From IMG/VR virus record IMGVR_UViG_3300010429_001166: a stretch of DNA of 64,000 bases. One strand, given 5' to 3'. This document shows positions 27,494 to 37,752 of the stretch, in pieces. The stretch is from an uncultured virus (IMG/VR IMGVR_UViG_3300010429_001166) (lineage: Duplodnaviria; Heunggongvirae; Uroviricota; Caudoviricetes). The stretch's first letter is position 1. Every line of letters begins with the position of its first letter. The position numbers and the translations under genes were made by a program. Under the pieces are notes generated by a model, which was not told the DNA's origin, did no database searches, and saw nothing but the letters and a program-made list of their open reading frames with translations.

Positions 27494-28267
27494 ATGCTGC
27501 TCGCTGCCAATAACACACGCATGATCAGCTTGGGACGTTCGTTCTCAGGTGTGACCACGCTTGCTGGCGGCTACCGCAAGGAACGTCTCGGGCTTGGATT
27601 GAATCTGTACGCGGGCGACGCGGGCATCTCCGCGAAATCGGGTGTGCCTGATGGCACGCGGCATCCGGTTGCGTTCCTGCAACCGCGCAAGACTGGTGGG
27701 TTGGCTGCGCGAAACAGTTTGTATGGCGCGGGGGCTGTTACCGCTTCTGGCGTGCTTGGCAAGAACGCACAAGCATCGCTGTCAGGCGCAGGTTCGCTCA
27801 GTGGTGTCGCACAACTGATCGTGTCGATGGTGGCAACGTTGACCGGCGCTGGTGCGATTACGAATGCAGCACTGCTGGCGTATCTGCAACTGGCGGCGTC
27901 GTTGGCTGGCAGCGGCAATCTGCTGGGTGCGACACAAGCGCTGGCGAACGCGGTTGCGTTGCTTGGTGGCTCAGGTGGTGCGGCGGGATCAACTGCGACC
28001 GCGAAGGGCTCGCTGGCCGCGCAGATTGTCGTGACGGGTACAGGGTTGACGGCTGAAAGCGTTGCGTCGGCGGTGTGGAGCAAGCTGATCGAGAGTGGCT
28101 ACAGCGCGGAAGACATCATGCGCATCCTCACGGCGTATGCAGCGGGCAATGTGTCTGGTGGGCCGGGATCACCCACGTTCAAATCGCTTGACGGATCAAA
28201 GACGCGCATCGGTGGTACGGCAGACGCGGATGGTAATCGCACGCGCACGACACTGGATGGGGCGTGA
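27494..28267 (+). CDS. Gly/Ala-rich fibre-like structural protein
   Basis: A-L-G-G repeats; C-terminal ADADGNRT. Confidence 0.65.
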   Translation: MLLAANNTRMISLGRSFSGVTTLAGGYRKERLGLGLNLYAGDAGISAKSGVPDGTRHPVAFLQPRKTGGLAARNSLYGAGAVTASGVLGKNAQASLSGAGSLSGVAQLIVSMVATLTGAGAITNAALLAYLQLAASLAGSGNLLGATQALANAVALLGGSGGAAGSTATAKGSLAAQIVVTGTGLTAESVASAVWSKLIESGYSAEDIMRILTAYAAGNVSGGPGSPTFKSLDGSKTRIGGTADADGNRTRTTLDGA

Positions 28268-28464
28268 TGTGGGCATCTTCAAACTGGCAACGCACGTACT
28301 GGGAAGCGAACGACTGGAATGGAACCGCTGACGGAGGAGGAAGTCCTTCAACTGATACAGGCGGCATTGTTATTGGTCATCGGATTTGTGTTGGGACTGG
28401 CAGTGGGGTCGGTGGGGATTTGGTGATATGGGACAGGATAACGAGCAAACTGGACGTGCCGTGA
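28264..28464 (+). CDS. Small protein with W-x4-W repeats and a Gly linker
   Basis: WASSNWQRTYWEANDW. Confidence 0.5.
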   Translation: MMWASSNWQRTYWEANDWNGTADGGGSPSTDTGGIVIGHRICVGTGSGVGGDLVIWDRITSKLDVP

Positions 28465-28581
28465 ACGACTGGACTACTGAACCCGCATTGGGGCGTGTGA
28501 AGGTGTCTTTCACACTCGAAATCACGCACGAGGATGGTTCAGTGACGAAGCACCTGTGCGAAGGCGTTATGGAGAACCTTA

Positions 28582-28974
28582 ATGGCTAAGAACATGACTG
28601 TGGGTGGGGCAGCTACGAAAGCAGCGCTCGATGCCATGCTCGCACGGTTGGGTGGCGGTGTGTTTCGTCTGCGTTCCAGCACCACAACGCTGGCCAATGT
28701 CGGTTTCAATGCAACGGCATTCGCAGGCGCAACGATGGCGGTGCCAGCAGTGGCAACAGCCAACACGATGACGCCGAGCGGTGTACCGACAGCGGGCACA
28801 ATTGACAATGGACAGTGGATCACATCGACTGCCGTGGTGGACATCTCTTTCAACATCGACACGTCGGGCAACACGCCGGACATGATCGTTTCAAACCCAG
28901 TCATCCCGGGCACGGCTACTTCGGTGACGATCAGCGGGCTGACGTATTCCCTCGAAATCGGGCCGACCCCGTAA
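28582..28974 (+). CDS. Virion structural protein
   Basis: 130 aa; GGAG RBS. Confidence 0.6.
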   Translation: MAKNMTVGGAATKAALDAMLARLGGGVFRLRSSTTTLANVGFNATAFAGATMAVPAVATANTMTPSGVPTAGTIDNGQWITSTAVVDISFNIDTSGNTPDMIVSNPVIPGTATSVTISGLTYSLEIGPTP

Positions 28975-28986
28975 CAGGAGCGCGCA

Positions 28987-29667
28987 ATGTCAAAAGGTCA
29001 AACAGCCGCGAACGACTATCTGCGGCTCCTCTACAACGCAACGGCGATCACGAATCTCGCGGACAACGCCGCGACCGCGCCGCTGACCAATATCTACGTG
29101 GCGCTACACAGTGCGGATGTTGCTGACACGGCTTCGCAGAACAGCAATGAGATTTCGTACACGGGCTACGCGCGAGTGGGCGTGGCGCGTACGACGGGTG
29201 GTTGGACGGTGACGAATGATGCAGTGAGTCCGGTTGCAGCGATTAGCTTTGGTGCCTGCACGGCGGGTAACGCCACGGCGACGCACTTCTCCACGGGTGT
29301 GGGTGCATCGGGTGCGACGAAGGTGCTGCACAGTGGCGTGATCGGCAACCGCCTTGGCCCCTTCACGGCCACGGTGTCGGATGTGATCACGTTGCCCGGG
29401 CTGACGGGTGTGAACGTCAACGACCGCATCTGCTTTTACGCCACGAATGGCTCTTCGCTGCCTACGGGCATGACGAGCGGTGTTGTGTACTACGTGGCGA
29501 CTGTGAGCGGCAACGACGTGACGGTGAGCACGTCACAAGGTGGAGGCACACTCGACCTGACTTCTGTTGGTGACGGTGTTGCGTTCAAGGTGACGCCCAT
29601 CAACATCACGTCGGCTCCGAGCGTCACGCCGCAACTGTCGGTCAGCACCACCATTTACGAGGAGTAG
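28987..29667 (+). CDS. Tail fibre-associated structural protein (paralogue B, with an inserted domain)
   Basis: IYVALHSAD...EISYTGYARVGVARTTGGW; extra LPTG-TSG-VYYV module. Confidence 0.7.
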   Translation: MSKGQTAANDYLRLLYNATAITNLADNAATAPLTNIYVALHSADVADTASQNSNEISYTGYARVGVARTTGGWTVTNDAVSPVAAISFGACTAGNATATHFSTGVGASGATKVLHSGVIGNRLGPFTATVSDVITLPGLTGVNVNDRICFYATNGSSLPTGMTSGVVYYVATVSGNDVTVSTSQGGGTLDLTSVGDGVAFKVTPINITSAPSVTPQLSVSTTIYEE

Positions 29668-29670
29668 CGC

Positions 29671-32600
29671 ATGCGCGCAGCACAATACGTTGGGCTTGGC
29701 ATTCGCACCATGATGGGTGTGAACGCTGGCGCTATTGCGCCACCGACGTTTGTGACTGGCGCAGGCGTGAGCGTGTCTTCGGGTGCTGGAGCGGCTGTCG
29801 GCACTACGGTGGCAGCGCAAATACCGGTGTGGTATGCAACGCCAACGTTCACCATACAAGTGGGCGAAGAAACGGTATTGCCGTTGCCAGTTACGGTGTC
29901 TGGTGGTGGCTATTTGTTGATTTCGTGGGTTGCCCCGCTGCCGCAGCCGACGTGGATCACACTGAACAGCGGTGTATTGCCGTCGATATCGTTTGACGGT
30001 ACGCAGGTTGATGGCAATGACATCAGCGGCATGGTGCTGTCGGCCACGGCCAACGGGCAGACGGTGAATAGCGCAAGCGGGTCTGTGACGGTGAATGCTG
30101 CGCTTGTTGGGTTGTCGTTTGTTGCTGACGTAGCTGGGTACACATCCACGAACGGCACTTCAACCGGCTCTCGCCCGCGCAATAAGCGCGGACAGATGTG
30201 GTACGAGTCCGCGTACACCACGAAGGACGGCACGATCATCGAGCACGCCGATGGCGCGCATGGGCGTGTGCGCGTTGGAACGGACCCAGAAGCGTACAAC
30301 CCGGAAATGCTCATCGGTACGTCGAATCGCGTGGGCGAGTTCGATCCTTTGACGGGCAGCATGACGGAGGTCTATCCAGATACGTTTGAAGATGTTGGGA
30401 CGTTCGCTTACGATAACCTGCTGTACCTGTATTTCGACCGCATCGATGCGCTAGTGTCGTTTTCACAGGGTGTTTTCAGTCGCGCGCTCGCACCGAGATT
30501 GCTGGGTGGTGCGGTTAATCCAAGCGGCGACAATATGGTGGTACGCACGTGGACTGGCCCCACTGTGACGGACCCGTACCCCACTGATTACTGGAGTCCG
30601 CATAAGAGTTCGGTATCGAACAGCGGGATTTGCGCATGGACGCATTTGCAGGCGACGGGTACTCCAGACCGTTTTCCGCGCACCACAGCAACTTCGATTC
30701 CGTATCCGGCTGGTCGCCCACCTGTGTTCTCATCGAACGCAGCATCAAATGCCCTCATGTATACCTACGGGTGGTTTCCGGGTATTGAGCAGCATTTCGG
30801 CTGGTTCAACATGCACGCGGCCTATTCGCGGCAGTTCGATTGCGCGGTTGTCATCGGTGGTGCGAGCGCATCGAATCAGGTCGAGGGGCCAAGCCTGTCG
30901 GTTGTTCTTCCGAGTCGATACATCAACGCGACGATTGTTCCGCCCTACAGCGTCCTGTTCACCGGCATGAGCAAGTCGGAGTGCGTGGTCGGTGGCGCGC
31001 GTTGGATGTTGAGTAGTGGTCGTGCAGGCTGCAAATTCCTTGGGCACCACGTTTATTGGGGTGGCGGCGATGACCAACACCAATCAAGTGGTCAGGCGGC
31101 TGTGCCGTACTTCTTCCGCGCCGACATTCGGCCAGTGCTGGCGAATCCGACTGCACCGTTGACGACGACGTTCTTGCCAGAACGGTTGTCAGACATGCCC
31201 TTCGGCATGACGGGTGGCGCGTTCTCGGCAGACCCGTACACCAACACGATCCTCGCCTTCGGGATGCCAGGCGTGGCGTTGTACGACGCGACGACGGACA
31301 TCTGGCAGAACATCACCAGCAGCCTGTCGGAGTTCAATAGCACGTTTGGCGGTGGCCCCAACTACATGAGCTTCGTTCACGCGGACTTCATCGACAGGCG
31401 TGGCGCAACCAGTCTGCGCAAGACGTACTTCTTCGGTGGTTGGAATAACAGCAGCACTCCCGCCTTCGGCACTCCCGAATACAACAATCGTTTTGAAAGG
31501 GTGCGGTCGATCAAGGTCACACGTAGCAAGACGGTTTCGACGTTTGATGTCGTAGCACAGCATCCTGAAAACCCCGCTAATACGTTTGGGGGTAACGGAC
31601 TTGGCCCGTTGCGCTCTATCAAGCACAACGTCTTGATCGCTGCAGGCGATTATGTGTACCTCGCTGGCGGTGACTGGGACGATCACTACCCAGTAAATGT
31701 CAGTGGTAGTGGAACGCCGGGATACAAAATTGAAACGGGCACCGGTTTCTACCCGCCCGGGCCGAAAGGACCGAACACACAAAACGGGCGTCAGGAAATT
31801 TGGCGTACGCAGATTTCAACAGCAGCGTCGTCTGGTACTTCTACGTGGTCGATGGTTGGTAATGCTTATGCAGAATATCCGTGGCGAGAGGATTTGGGCC
31901 ACGGCTTCTATGACGGTGCGCAGCGTGGGCCATTCATGCCTGACGGCACGGGCATGTTCGTTGATCGCAACGGACAAATTTGGATGGGGCCATGTGACAT
32001 TGGCTACGACGATTTACGCGGTTCAGAAATGGCTGGGAATGAACCATCATTTGCCGCGATGTACAAGTGGACACCGCCCGGGTACAACAACACGTCTGTT
32101 ACTGGTGCAGGTGTGAACGGTGTGGCGCTCGGCAATGGTTGGACGATGCCGAACCAAAGCCGTTTACAAGCATTCAGCATCGGGAACCCCGGTACTGATT
32201 GGGATGCTGGACTGAATGCTTCTGGTAACGTTGGTTGGGGTCGTCCGAACAAGGGTCCGGCGTACGACACGACTGACCACAAAGCACGAGTCGTCAACGT
32301 AGACAACGGTGGGTCGCAAGGAAATCGAGTTTTTTACGTGCATGTTTCGGCGTTTGATTGCGCGCCTGATGGCAACGGCAAACACAACTGGGTGCGGCAG
32401 ACAGCGACGGTGCCCATCATGCAGATGGGCAGTCCACCGCAGCACGTTGTGACTGGCATCAACACCGGATGGGGGCAGGGCGGGATTGGCAACACATGCC
32501 AGATCGAACGCACGCTGTTTTTCTCGTTAATGGTCGCATATGGTGTGAATGACGGCAGCGGTAACGCTGACTATGTAGGCCAACCTGATACGACATCGCT

Positions 32601-33111
32601 GTTGCGCGGTGCGATCATTGCGGTTGACCTTAACACGTTCCCTGCGGCTAGTTCGGTCAGTTACATCCCACTACCGCAGATGATGCCGTGGTGGCTACGC
32701 ACATTCGATGGCCCTCAATCCGGCGACGGGCATCACCCCGGCACACCGGGGCAGAACCGTGGAATGGTAGCCGTTGGCAACAAACTCGTTATTGGTCCGG
32801 ACTCATTCCATAAAGTCGATACAGACCCGTGGATTGTGGTTTACGACACTGTGAGCAAGACGTGGGAATGCTTCGATCCTCCGGCGTACTACGGGATTAC
32901 CAACGGCGGGCACGACTGGCCAAACTCGCTGATGGCGTTGGTTGCGGTCCCGTCGCTGGGTGAAGCGTGGTTGTGTGGACTGGCCACTCTCAGTGATTAC
33001 GGGCAATACACCCCATATCGTGCAGCTAACAATTTCCACGACCCCGCCGCCTACTACAACAGCACAGGTTTATGGGCGAGCCGCCGCATCTTCCGATTCA
33101 AGGTGACATAA
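29671..33111 (+). CDS. Large putative receptor-binding / beta-propeller virion protein (1146 aa)
   Basis: Kelch-like GG...YD----W segments; Gly/Ser/Thr/aromatic rich. Confidence 0.6.
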   Translation: MRAAQYVGLGIRTMMGVNAGAIAPPTFVTGAGVSVSSGAGAAVGTTVAAQIPVWYATPTFTIQVGEETVLPLPVTVSGGGYLLISWVAPLPQPTWITLNSGVLPSISFDGTQVDGNDISGMVLSATANGQTVNSASGSVTVNAALVGLSFVADVAGYTSTNGTSTGSRPRNKRGQMWYESAYTTKDGTIIEHADGAHGRVRVGTDPEAYNPEMLIGTSNRVGEFDPLTGSMTEVYPDTFEDVGTFAYDNLLYLYFDRIDALVSFSQGVFSRALAPRLLGGAVNPSGDNMVVRTWTGPTVTDPYPTDYWSPHKSSVSNSGICAWTHLQATGTPDRFPRTTATSIPYPAGRPPVFSSNAASNALMYTYGWFPGIEQHFGWFNMHAAYSRQFDCAVVIGGASASNQVEGPSLSVVLPSRYINATIVPPYSVLFTGMSKSECVVGGARWMLSSGRAGCKFLGHHVYWGGGDDQHQSSGQAAVPYFFRADIRPVLANPTAPLTTTFLPERLSDMPFGMTGGAFSADPYTNTILAFGMPGVALYDATTDIWQNITSSLSEFNSTFGGGPNYMSFVHADFIDRRGATSLRKTYFFGGWNNSSTPAFGTPEYNNRFERVRSIKVTRSKTVSTFDVVAQHPENPANTFGGNGLGPLRSIKHNVLIAAGDYVYLAGGDWDDHYPVNVSGSGTPGYKIETGTGFYPPGPKGPNTQNGRQEIWRTQISTAASSGTSTWSMVGNAYAEYPWREDLGHGFYDGAQRGPFMPDGTGMFVDRNGQIWMGPCDIGYDDLRGSEMAGNEPSFAAMYKWTPPGYNNTSVTGAGVNGVALGNGWTMPNQSRLQAFSIGNPGTDWDAGLNASGNVGWGRPNKGPAYDTTDHKARVVNVDNGGSQGNRVFYVHVSAFDCAPDGNGKHNWVRQTATVPIMQMGSPPQHVVTGINTGWGQGGIGNTCQIERTLFFSLMVAYGVNDGSGNADYVGQPDTTSLLRGAIIAVDLNTFPAASSVSYIPLPQMMPWWLRTFDGPQSGDGHHPGTPGQNRGMVAVGNKLVIGPDSFHKVDTDPWIVVYDTVSKTWECFDPPAYYGITNGGHDWPNSLMALVAVPSLGEAWLCGLATLSDYGQYTPYRAANNFHDPAAYYNSTGLWASRRIFRFKVT

Positions 33112-33792
33112 ATGGCCGTCGCAATCGCCTACAGCACAAAGTCGAGTTACGTTGCGTTCAGTGGGGCAAGTTCGACGGCTTTCACTGGCCTGCCAACTGG
33201 CGTCCCGGTCATCATTGCTGTCGTCAACGACTATGGCTCAACAGCCACACTAAGCGGATTTCAACTTGCTTCGGATGCCTTGTCGCCGACTGATGCGACG
33301 GCGATGCTGGCTCCGGTTACGGGCCATCAGGTTTTGTATCTGTACTTCTCGTCCATCACGACGGCCAATCAGAACCTGACATTCACGAATTCCGGTTCCT
33401 ATGCCGAGGGCAAAGCCTTTGCGTTCACGGTCACCGGACATGACACGTCCGCGCCGTTTGGCACTGAGACAGCGGATGCGAGCGTGACGCCCCTGAACTT
33501 CACGTTCGACGCAACGGGCGATGCGGTTCTCGTGCACTTTTTCGGGACGGCTGCTACCACGTATTCCTTTTCGGAGGGTACTTGGAGCAACAGTGGCCAA
33601 GAGGATCTCGGGATTACTTATTGGTCTTCCAACCTGACTGCTGGTGTGAAGTCCATCGCTGTCACCGACGGCGTGCCGACAAGCGCGGCGCTTGTCGAAA
33701 TCAAGGCCGCTGGTGGTGGCGGTGGCGGGATCCTTCTTTCACAAATCGAACGTGGCCGCTCGCTCGGTCGCGGACTTAACAGGGGGCTCTGA
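33112..33792 (+). CDS. Virion structural protein
   Basis: Beta-rich; C-terminal poly-Gly linker plus RG repeat tail. Confidence 0.6.
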   Translation: MAVAIAYSTKSSYVAFSGASSTAFTGLPTGVPVIIAVVNDYGSTATLSGFQLASDALSPTDATAMLAPVTGHQVLYLYFSSITTANQNLTFTNSGSYAEGKAFAFTVTGHDTSAPFGTETADASVTPLNFTFDATGDAVLVHFFGTAATTYSFSEGTWSNSGQEDLGITYWSSNLTAGVKSIAVTDGVPTSAALVEIKAAGGGGGGILLSQIERGRSLGRGLNRGL

Positions 33793-34442
33793 TGATTTTC
33801 CAACGGAAGTACAACACTGCGACTGTCACTGCCACGCACATTCGCATTCCGATGATCAAGCGTGGTGTGGTGGACTTCGCGGTGAGTGCTGACTGGACTC
33901 CTGCGGTGGGCGATGTGCGCCTATCGAAAGACGGCGGCTCGTGGGCCGACATCAGTTCTGCACCCACCGCTTCCAGTTCGGGTGGCAACGGCTCGTCTGC
34001 TGCATGGGTGTTCGCGTTCACTGCAGCGGAACTGTCGTGCAAGATTCTGACGGTCATCGTGTCCGACGCGTCAACGAAGGCGGTGGAGGATCAGGCATTC
34101 ATCATCGAAACCTTCGGCAACGCGTCGGCCATGTACCCGTCCGATATCAGCGCCGACAACACCGATGCTGAAAACCGCTTCCTGTCGGCTGTGAAGGGCA
34201 ACGTGCTCGGCACGGTTGGAACTGGCAGCACGCAGACGAGCATCGTCACCAGCGCGCTGGACCCGGCTGCTTCGGCCACCGACCAGTACAAGGGCCGCAT
34301 CCTGATCTTCGCCAACAACACCACGACGGCGAATCTGCGCGGGCAGGGTACGGATATCACGGCGAGCACGGCTGGTGGTGTGCTGACGGTGAGCGCACTG
34401 AGCCACGCACCCGCCAACGGGGACACGTTCACGATCACCTGA
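33792..34442 (+). CDS. Virion structural protein
   Basis: GDV-LSKDGG, D-YKGRILIF, APANGDTFTI motifs. Confidence 0.65.
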   Translation: MIFQRKYNTATVTATHIRIPMIKRGVVDFAVSADWTPAVGDVRLSKDGGSWADISSAPTASSSGGNGSSAAWVFAFTAAELSCKILTVIVSDASTKAVEDQAFIIETFGNASAMYPSDISADNTDAENRFLSAVKGNVLGTVGTGSTQTSIVTSALDPAASATDQYKGRILIFANNTTTANLRGQGTDITASTAGGVLTVSALSHAPANGDTFTIT

Positions 34443-34456
34443 TCGGAAGGTAAACC

Positions 34457-35551
34457 GTGGCCGCGTTCTCACGGCTTGGTTCGGGCCGGTACGGTGTTCG
34501 CCGTACCGGCATCTTCTCTCGTGCGCAGGTACAGGGCACCGGGGAAGCACGCGGCTCGTCTGTAGCAGTCGCTGAATTCAGCACGCTCATCATCACGGGC
34601 ACGGGCGTGTCCGTGGGGCAGGGTGCAGCACTTGGCGCTGATGTCACTTCCACACGCGGCGCGTTGCAGCGCTTCTCGCGCCTCAGTACCGGTCGGTGGG
34701 GAATGCGCAAGGCGGGGCTGTTCACCGGGCGCGGCACCATCACGTACATCTCGGAAGCAGGCACGTCGGTCGGTATCGGCTACGCAGCCGCAGTCATTGA
34801 CCCACTCACGCCGCGCTCCATCGGGCACTTTTCCAAGCTGGCAACAGGACGTTGGGGAATGCGCTTGCCCGGGAACTTCACCGGGCGCGGAGGCAACGTC
34901 ACTGTCGAGCAGACGGGCGTTTCGGTCGGCCACTCCGTGGTCATGGGCGACCTGTTCACCGGCAGCCGCACGATCCCGAAGCGCACGCGGTTGCTGGTCA
35001 GTGGGTGGGGCTCGCGCCTCACCGGCACGCTTGCGCGTGGCTTGCCGACATACGTAGCAGGTGTAGGCAGTGTGTCTGCAGGTGGCGTGGCAGTCGCCAC
35101 GGGACTGCTGCAATCCAATATCAATCAGACCGGCACCATCGGAGCCAAGGGCAAGGCGGGTGTGGCCGGGACGCTGCAGGTGTTCGGTGCGGCGTTCAAT
35201 CTTGGCAACGTGTCGGTTGGTGCGAAGGGCAAAGCAGGCGTTGCTGGCACGTTGACGGCAGGTGTCAGCTTCTCGTTGGGCTCCGTTTCGGTCGGTGGGA
35301 AGGCCAAGGCGGGGGTTGCAGCTTCGACGTTTACAGCGAATAATCCGTTCGATCTTGGGGTTGTTTCGGTGGGCGCACGCGGCAAGGCGAGCGTCGCTGG
35401 TGAAACGCAACCACAAGCGGTTTTCGAACTGGGCGTTGTAGCGCTCGGGGCGCGAGGTAGAGCAGCGGTCGCTGGCCGCTTTTTTGGCGAACCTTGGGTG
35501 CCCGTAGCTACTGCTCAATCACCCAACTGGTCGCCTGTTGTGAAGGGCTGA
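34457..35551 (+). CDS. Repeat-rich structural protein
   Basis: FSRL--GR(Y/W)G repeats followed by GA(K/R)GKAGVAG repeats; W-PV C-terminus. Confidence 0.65.
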   Translation: MAAFSRLGSGRYGVRRTGIFSRAQVQGTGEARGSSVAVAEFSTLIITGTGVSVGQGAALGADVTSTRGALQRFSRLSTGRWGMRKAGLFTGRGTITYISEAGTSVGIGYAAAVIDPLTPRSIGHFSKLATGRWGMRLPGNFTGRGGNVTVEQTGVSVGHSVVMGDLFTGSRTIPKRTRLLVSGWGSRLTGTLARGLPTYVAGVGSVSAGGVAVATGLLQSNINQTGTIGAKGKAGVAGTLQVFGAAFNLGNVSVGAKGKAGVAGTLTAGVSFSLGSVSVGGKAKAGVAASTFTANNPFDLGVVSVGARGKASVAGETQPQAVFELGVVALGARGRAAVAGRFFGEPWVPVATAQSPNWSPVVKG

Positions 35552-35552
35552 C

Positions 35553-35795
35553 ATGGGTGAAATCAAACGCAGACCAACTGATCCCGTTCCGGGCACCAAA
35601 GGCCCGAAGCGCGGCAACAACGACACCTTCAAGCTGGACAAAGCTGCGGAGCCCAAAACGGCTCCGCCTTCGTATGAGGGCACGCTTGGCAAACGCCGCC
35701 GCGAGATGCTGGACTCGGTAATCGAGACAACGGCAACGGGTAAGCCACGCCCATTCAAACGCGGCGGCGCTGTCAAACGTGGGAAGCGTTGCTGA
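35553..35795 (+). CDS. Small basic protein with a C-terminal FKRGGAV motif
   Basis: 80 aa; coupled to the next gene. Confidence 0.6.
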   Translation: MGEIKRRPTDPVPGTKGPKRGNNDTFKLDKAAEPKTAPPSYEGTLGKRRREMLDSVIETTATGKPRPFKRGGAVKRGKRC

Positions 35796-36484
35796 TGGCA
35801 ACAACGGGAACAACCAACTTCGCGCTCTCCTTCACGGATGTGGCGGAGGAAGCGTTTGAGCGTGTGGGGCTCGAAATGCGCACGGGGTACGACCTTCGTA
35901 CTGCACGTCGCAGCATGAATCTGCTCACGCTGGAGTGGGCCAATCGCGGTCTGAACATGTGGACCGTTGAAGAGGGTACGCAAGACCTCACGCTGGGTAT
36001 TGGCTCGTACATCCTGCCCGCAGACACTATCGACATCATCGAGCACGTACTGCGGCAGAACGACGGCAACGCGTCCACCCAGAATGATGTGCAACTCGCG
36101 CGAATCGGGTTCAGCACGCACGCGACGATCCCTAACAAGCTGCTTACGGGAAGACCGAACCAGATTTACGTGGATCGGCAGCGCGACGCCCCGGCTGTGT
36201 ATCTGTGGCCTATACCGGGGATACAGGGCTACCAACTTCGCTATTGGCGTCTGCGACGAATGCAGGATGCTGGACAGGGGATTGAAACGTCGGATACGCC
36301 GTTCCGTTTCCTGCCTGCGCTCGTAGCCGGACTTGCCTTCTACATTGCGCTGAAGATGCCCGAGGGCGCAGCGCGGATTGAAGGCTTACAGGCGGAGTAT
36401 GAGCGCCAATTCAGTCTCGCATTGAGTGAAGACAGACAGCGCGTATCAGCCCGTTTCGTGCCCAAGATTGCGAGGGTGGGATGA
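35795..36484 (+). CDS. Head-tail adaptor protein (putative)
   Basis: EEAFER-G...TARRSMNLL--EWANRG-N-WT, GRP, PFRFLPALVAGLA. Confidence 0.8.
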   Translation: MATTGTTNFALSFTDVAEEAFERVGLEMRTGYDLRTARRSMNLLTLEWANRGLNMWTVEEGTQDLTLGIGSYILPADTIDIIEHVLRQNDGNASTQNDVQLARIGFSTHATIPNKLLTGRPNQIYVDRQRDAPAVYLWPIPGIQGYQLRYWRLRRMQDAGQGIETSDTPFRFLPALVAGLAFYIALKMPEGAARIEGLQAEYERQFSLALSEDRQRVSARFVPKIARVG

Positions 36485-36813
36485 GCCACCCCTACGCGCG
36501 GGGCAGTCGGGCACTGGGCATCTGCGATGTGTGCGGGCTGCGTGAGCGCCTGCGCAAGCTGCGCCCGCTGATCGTCAAGCGGCAGATGACGCAGACCATG
36601 GCCTGCCCGCGCTGTTGGGTGCCGGACCAGCCGCAGTTGTTCGTGGGCGAGCGACCGGTAATTGATGCCGAAGCCCTGCGCAACCCGCGCCCGGATCAGT
36701 ACGCGCAGAGCCGTGAAATCACGGCACCTGCCGTCATGCGTACCCCGATTTCATCGGGGGTGATTGATGTCATTGCACCGCTAGGTGGGGAGATAGTCGA
36801 TGGCCAAGGATAA
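36481..36813 (+). CDS. Zn-ribbon protein of the neck region
   Basis: CDVCG...CPRC, DAEALRNPRPD. Confidence 0.7.
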   Translation: MSHPYARGSRALGICDVCGLRERLRKLRPLIVKRQMTQTMACPRCWVPDQPQLFVGERPVIDAEALRNPRPDQYAQSREITAPAVMRTPISSGVIDVIAPLGGEIVDGQG

Positions 36814-36928
36814 GAAGCCGCTTCCAGCATTCATGGCAGCGAAGGGTAAGCCGCCGTTCGGTGGCAAGGGCAAGCCGTTTGGTGCCAAAAGCGCTGGCAA
36901 GAAGCCGTTCCCGTTCAAGGCGAAGTAG
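36800..36928 (+). CDS. 42-aa Lys-rich peptide
   Basis: MAKDKKPLPAFMAAKGKPPF...; GGGGAG RBS; below the ORF-track length cutoff. Confidence 0.6.
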   Translation: MAKDKKPLPAFMAAKGKPPFGGKGKPFGAKSAGKKPFPFKAK

Positions 36929-36930
36929 AC

Positions 36931-37569
36931 ATGGCGTTGACGTACACGCAACTGGTTGACGCTGTGCAGAGCACGGCGGAGAACTATGAATCCACATTCG
37001 TGGCGAGCATCCCGTTGTTCGTGCGTCAGGCAGAGAAGCACGTCTACAACACGGTCTACATCCCGTCGCTGCGCCGGAATCAAGTTGGCTTCTTCTCGCA
37101 GGACAACGCGTACCTGACCATGCCGGAAGACTTTCTGGCGGTGTACTCGATGGCAGTGGTGCAGCCGGGGGGCACGTTCTCGTACCTGTTCAACAAGGAT
37201 GTGAGCTACATCCGCGAGGCATATTCGAACGATGCCGTGACTGGTGTGCCGAAGCACTACGCCATCTTCGATGACGTGTCATTCATCGTGGGGCCGACAC
37301 CGAACGACGACTATCAGGTTGAACTGCATTACTACTACTACCCGCCGTCCATCGTGGATGCGGGTACGTCGTGGCTCGGGGATAACTTCGACCACGTGCT
37401 GTTGTACGGCACGCTGATCAACGCCTACATCTTTATGAAGGGCGAAGAAGACGTGCTGAAGATGTATCAGGAGCGTTACGGAGAAGGGATCAAACAACTA
37501 GAACGTCTTGGCAGCGGTATGAATCGAAGAGACGAGTACCGATCCGGCGCAAAGCGCCTATCTGTTTGA
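36931..37569 (+). CDS. Second adaptor / tail tubular protein (putative)
   Basis: GPTP---Y-VELHYYY-P, LLYG-L--AYIFMKGE motifs. Confidence 0.75.
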   Translation: MALTYTQLVDAVQSTAENYESTFVASIPLFVRQAEKHVYNTVYIPSLRRNQVGFFSQDNAYLTMPEDFLAVYSMAVVQPGGTFSYLFNKDVSYIREAYSNDAVTGVPKHYAIFDDVSFIVGPTPNDDYQVELHYYYYPPSIVDAGTSWLGDNFDHVLLYGTLINAYIFMKGEEDVLKMYQERYGEGIKQLERLGSGMNRRDEYRSGAKRLSV

Positions 37570-37581
37570 TACGGAGTCACC

Positions 37582-37752
37582 ATGTGGGGAACGTTCATAG
37601 CATTGGCAGTGATCGCCGTGATTGCTGGCTTCATTTGGAAGAAGCGTGAAAACTCAAAGTCGTTGAAGCAGCAACTCACCGACGCTATCAAGGGGTCTGA
37701 CAAGGGCGGCGGTGGCGACAAGGATGGCGGGGGTACGCATGCCCAGCAATGA
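37582..37752 (+). CDS. Small single-TM protein
   Basis: MWGTFIALAVIAVIAGFIWKKR; GGAG RBS. Confidence 0.6.
   Translation: MWGTFIALAVIAVIAGFIWKKRENSKSLKQQLTDAIKGSDKGGGGDKDGGGTHAQQ

Noticed and set aside
29665..29673. Stop-codon readthrough joining the 226-aa and 1146-aa ORFs (same frame)
   Set aside because: A strong GAGGAG RBS precedes the second ATG, so independent initiation explains the arrangement; no genome-wide sign of TAG recoding.
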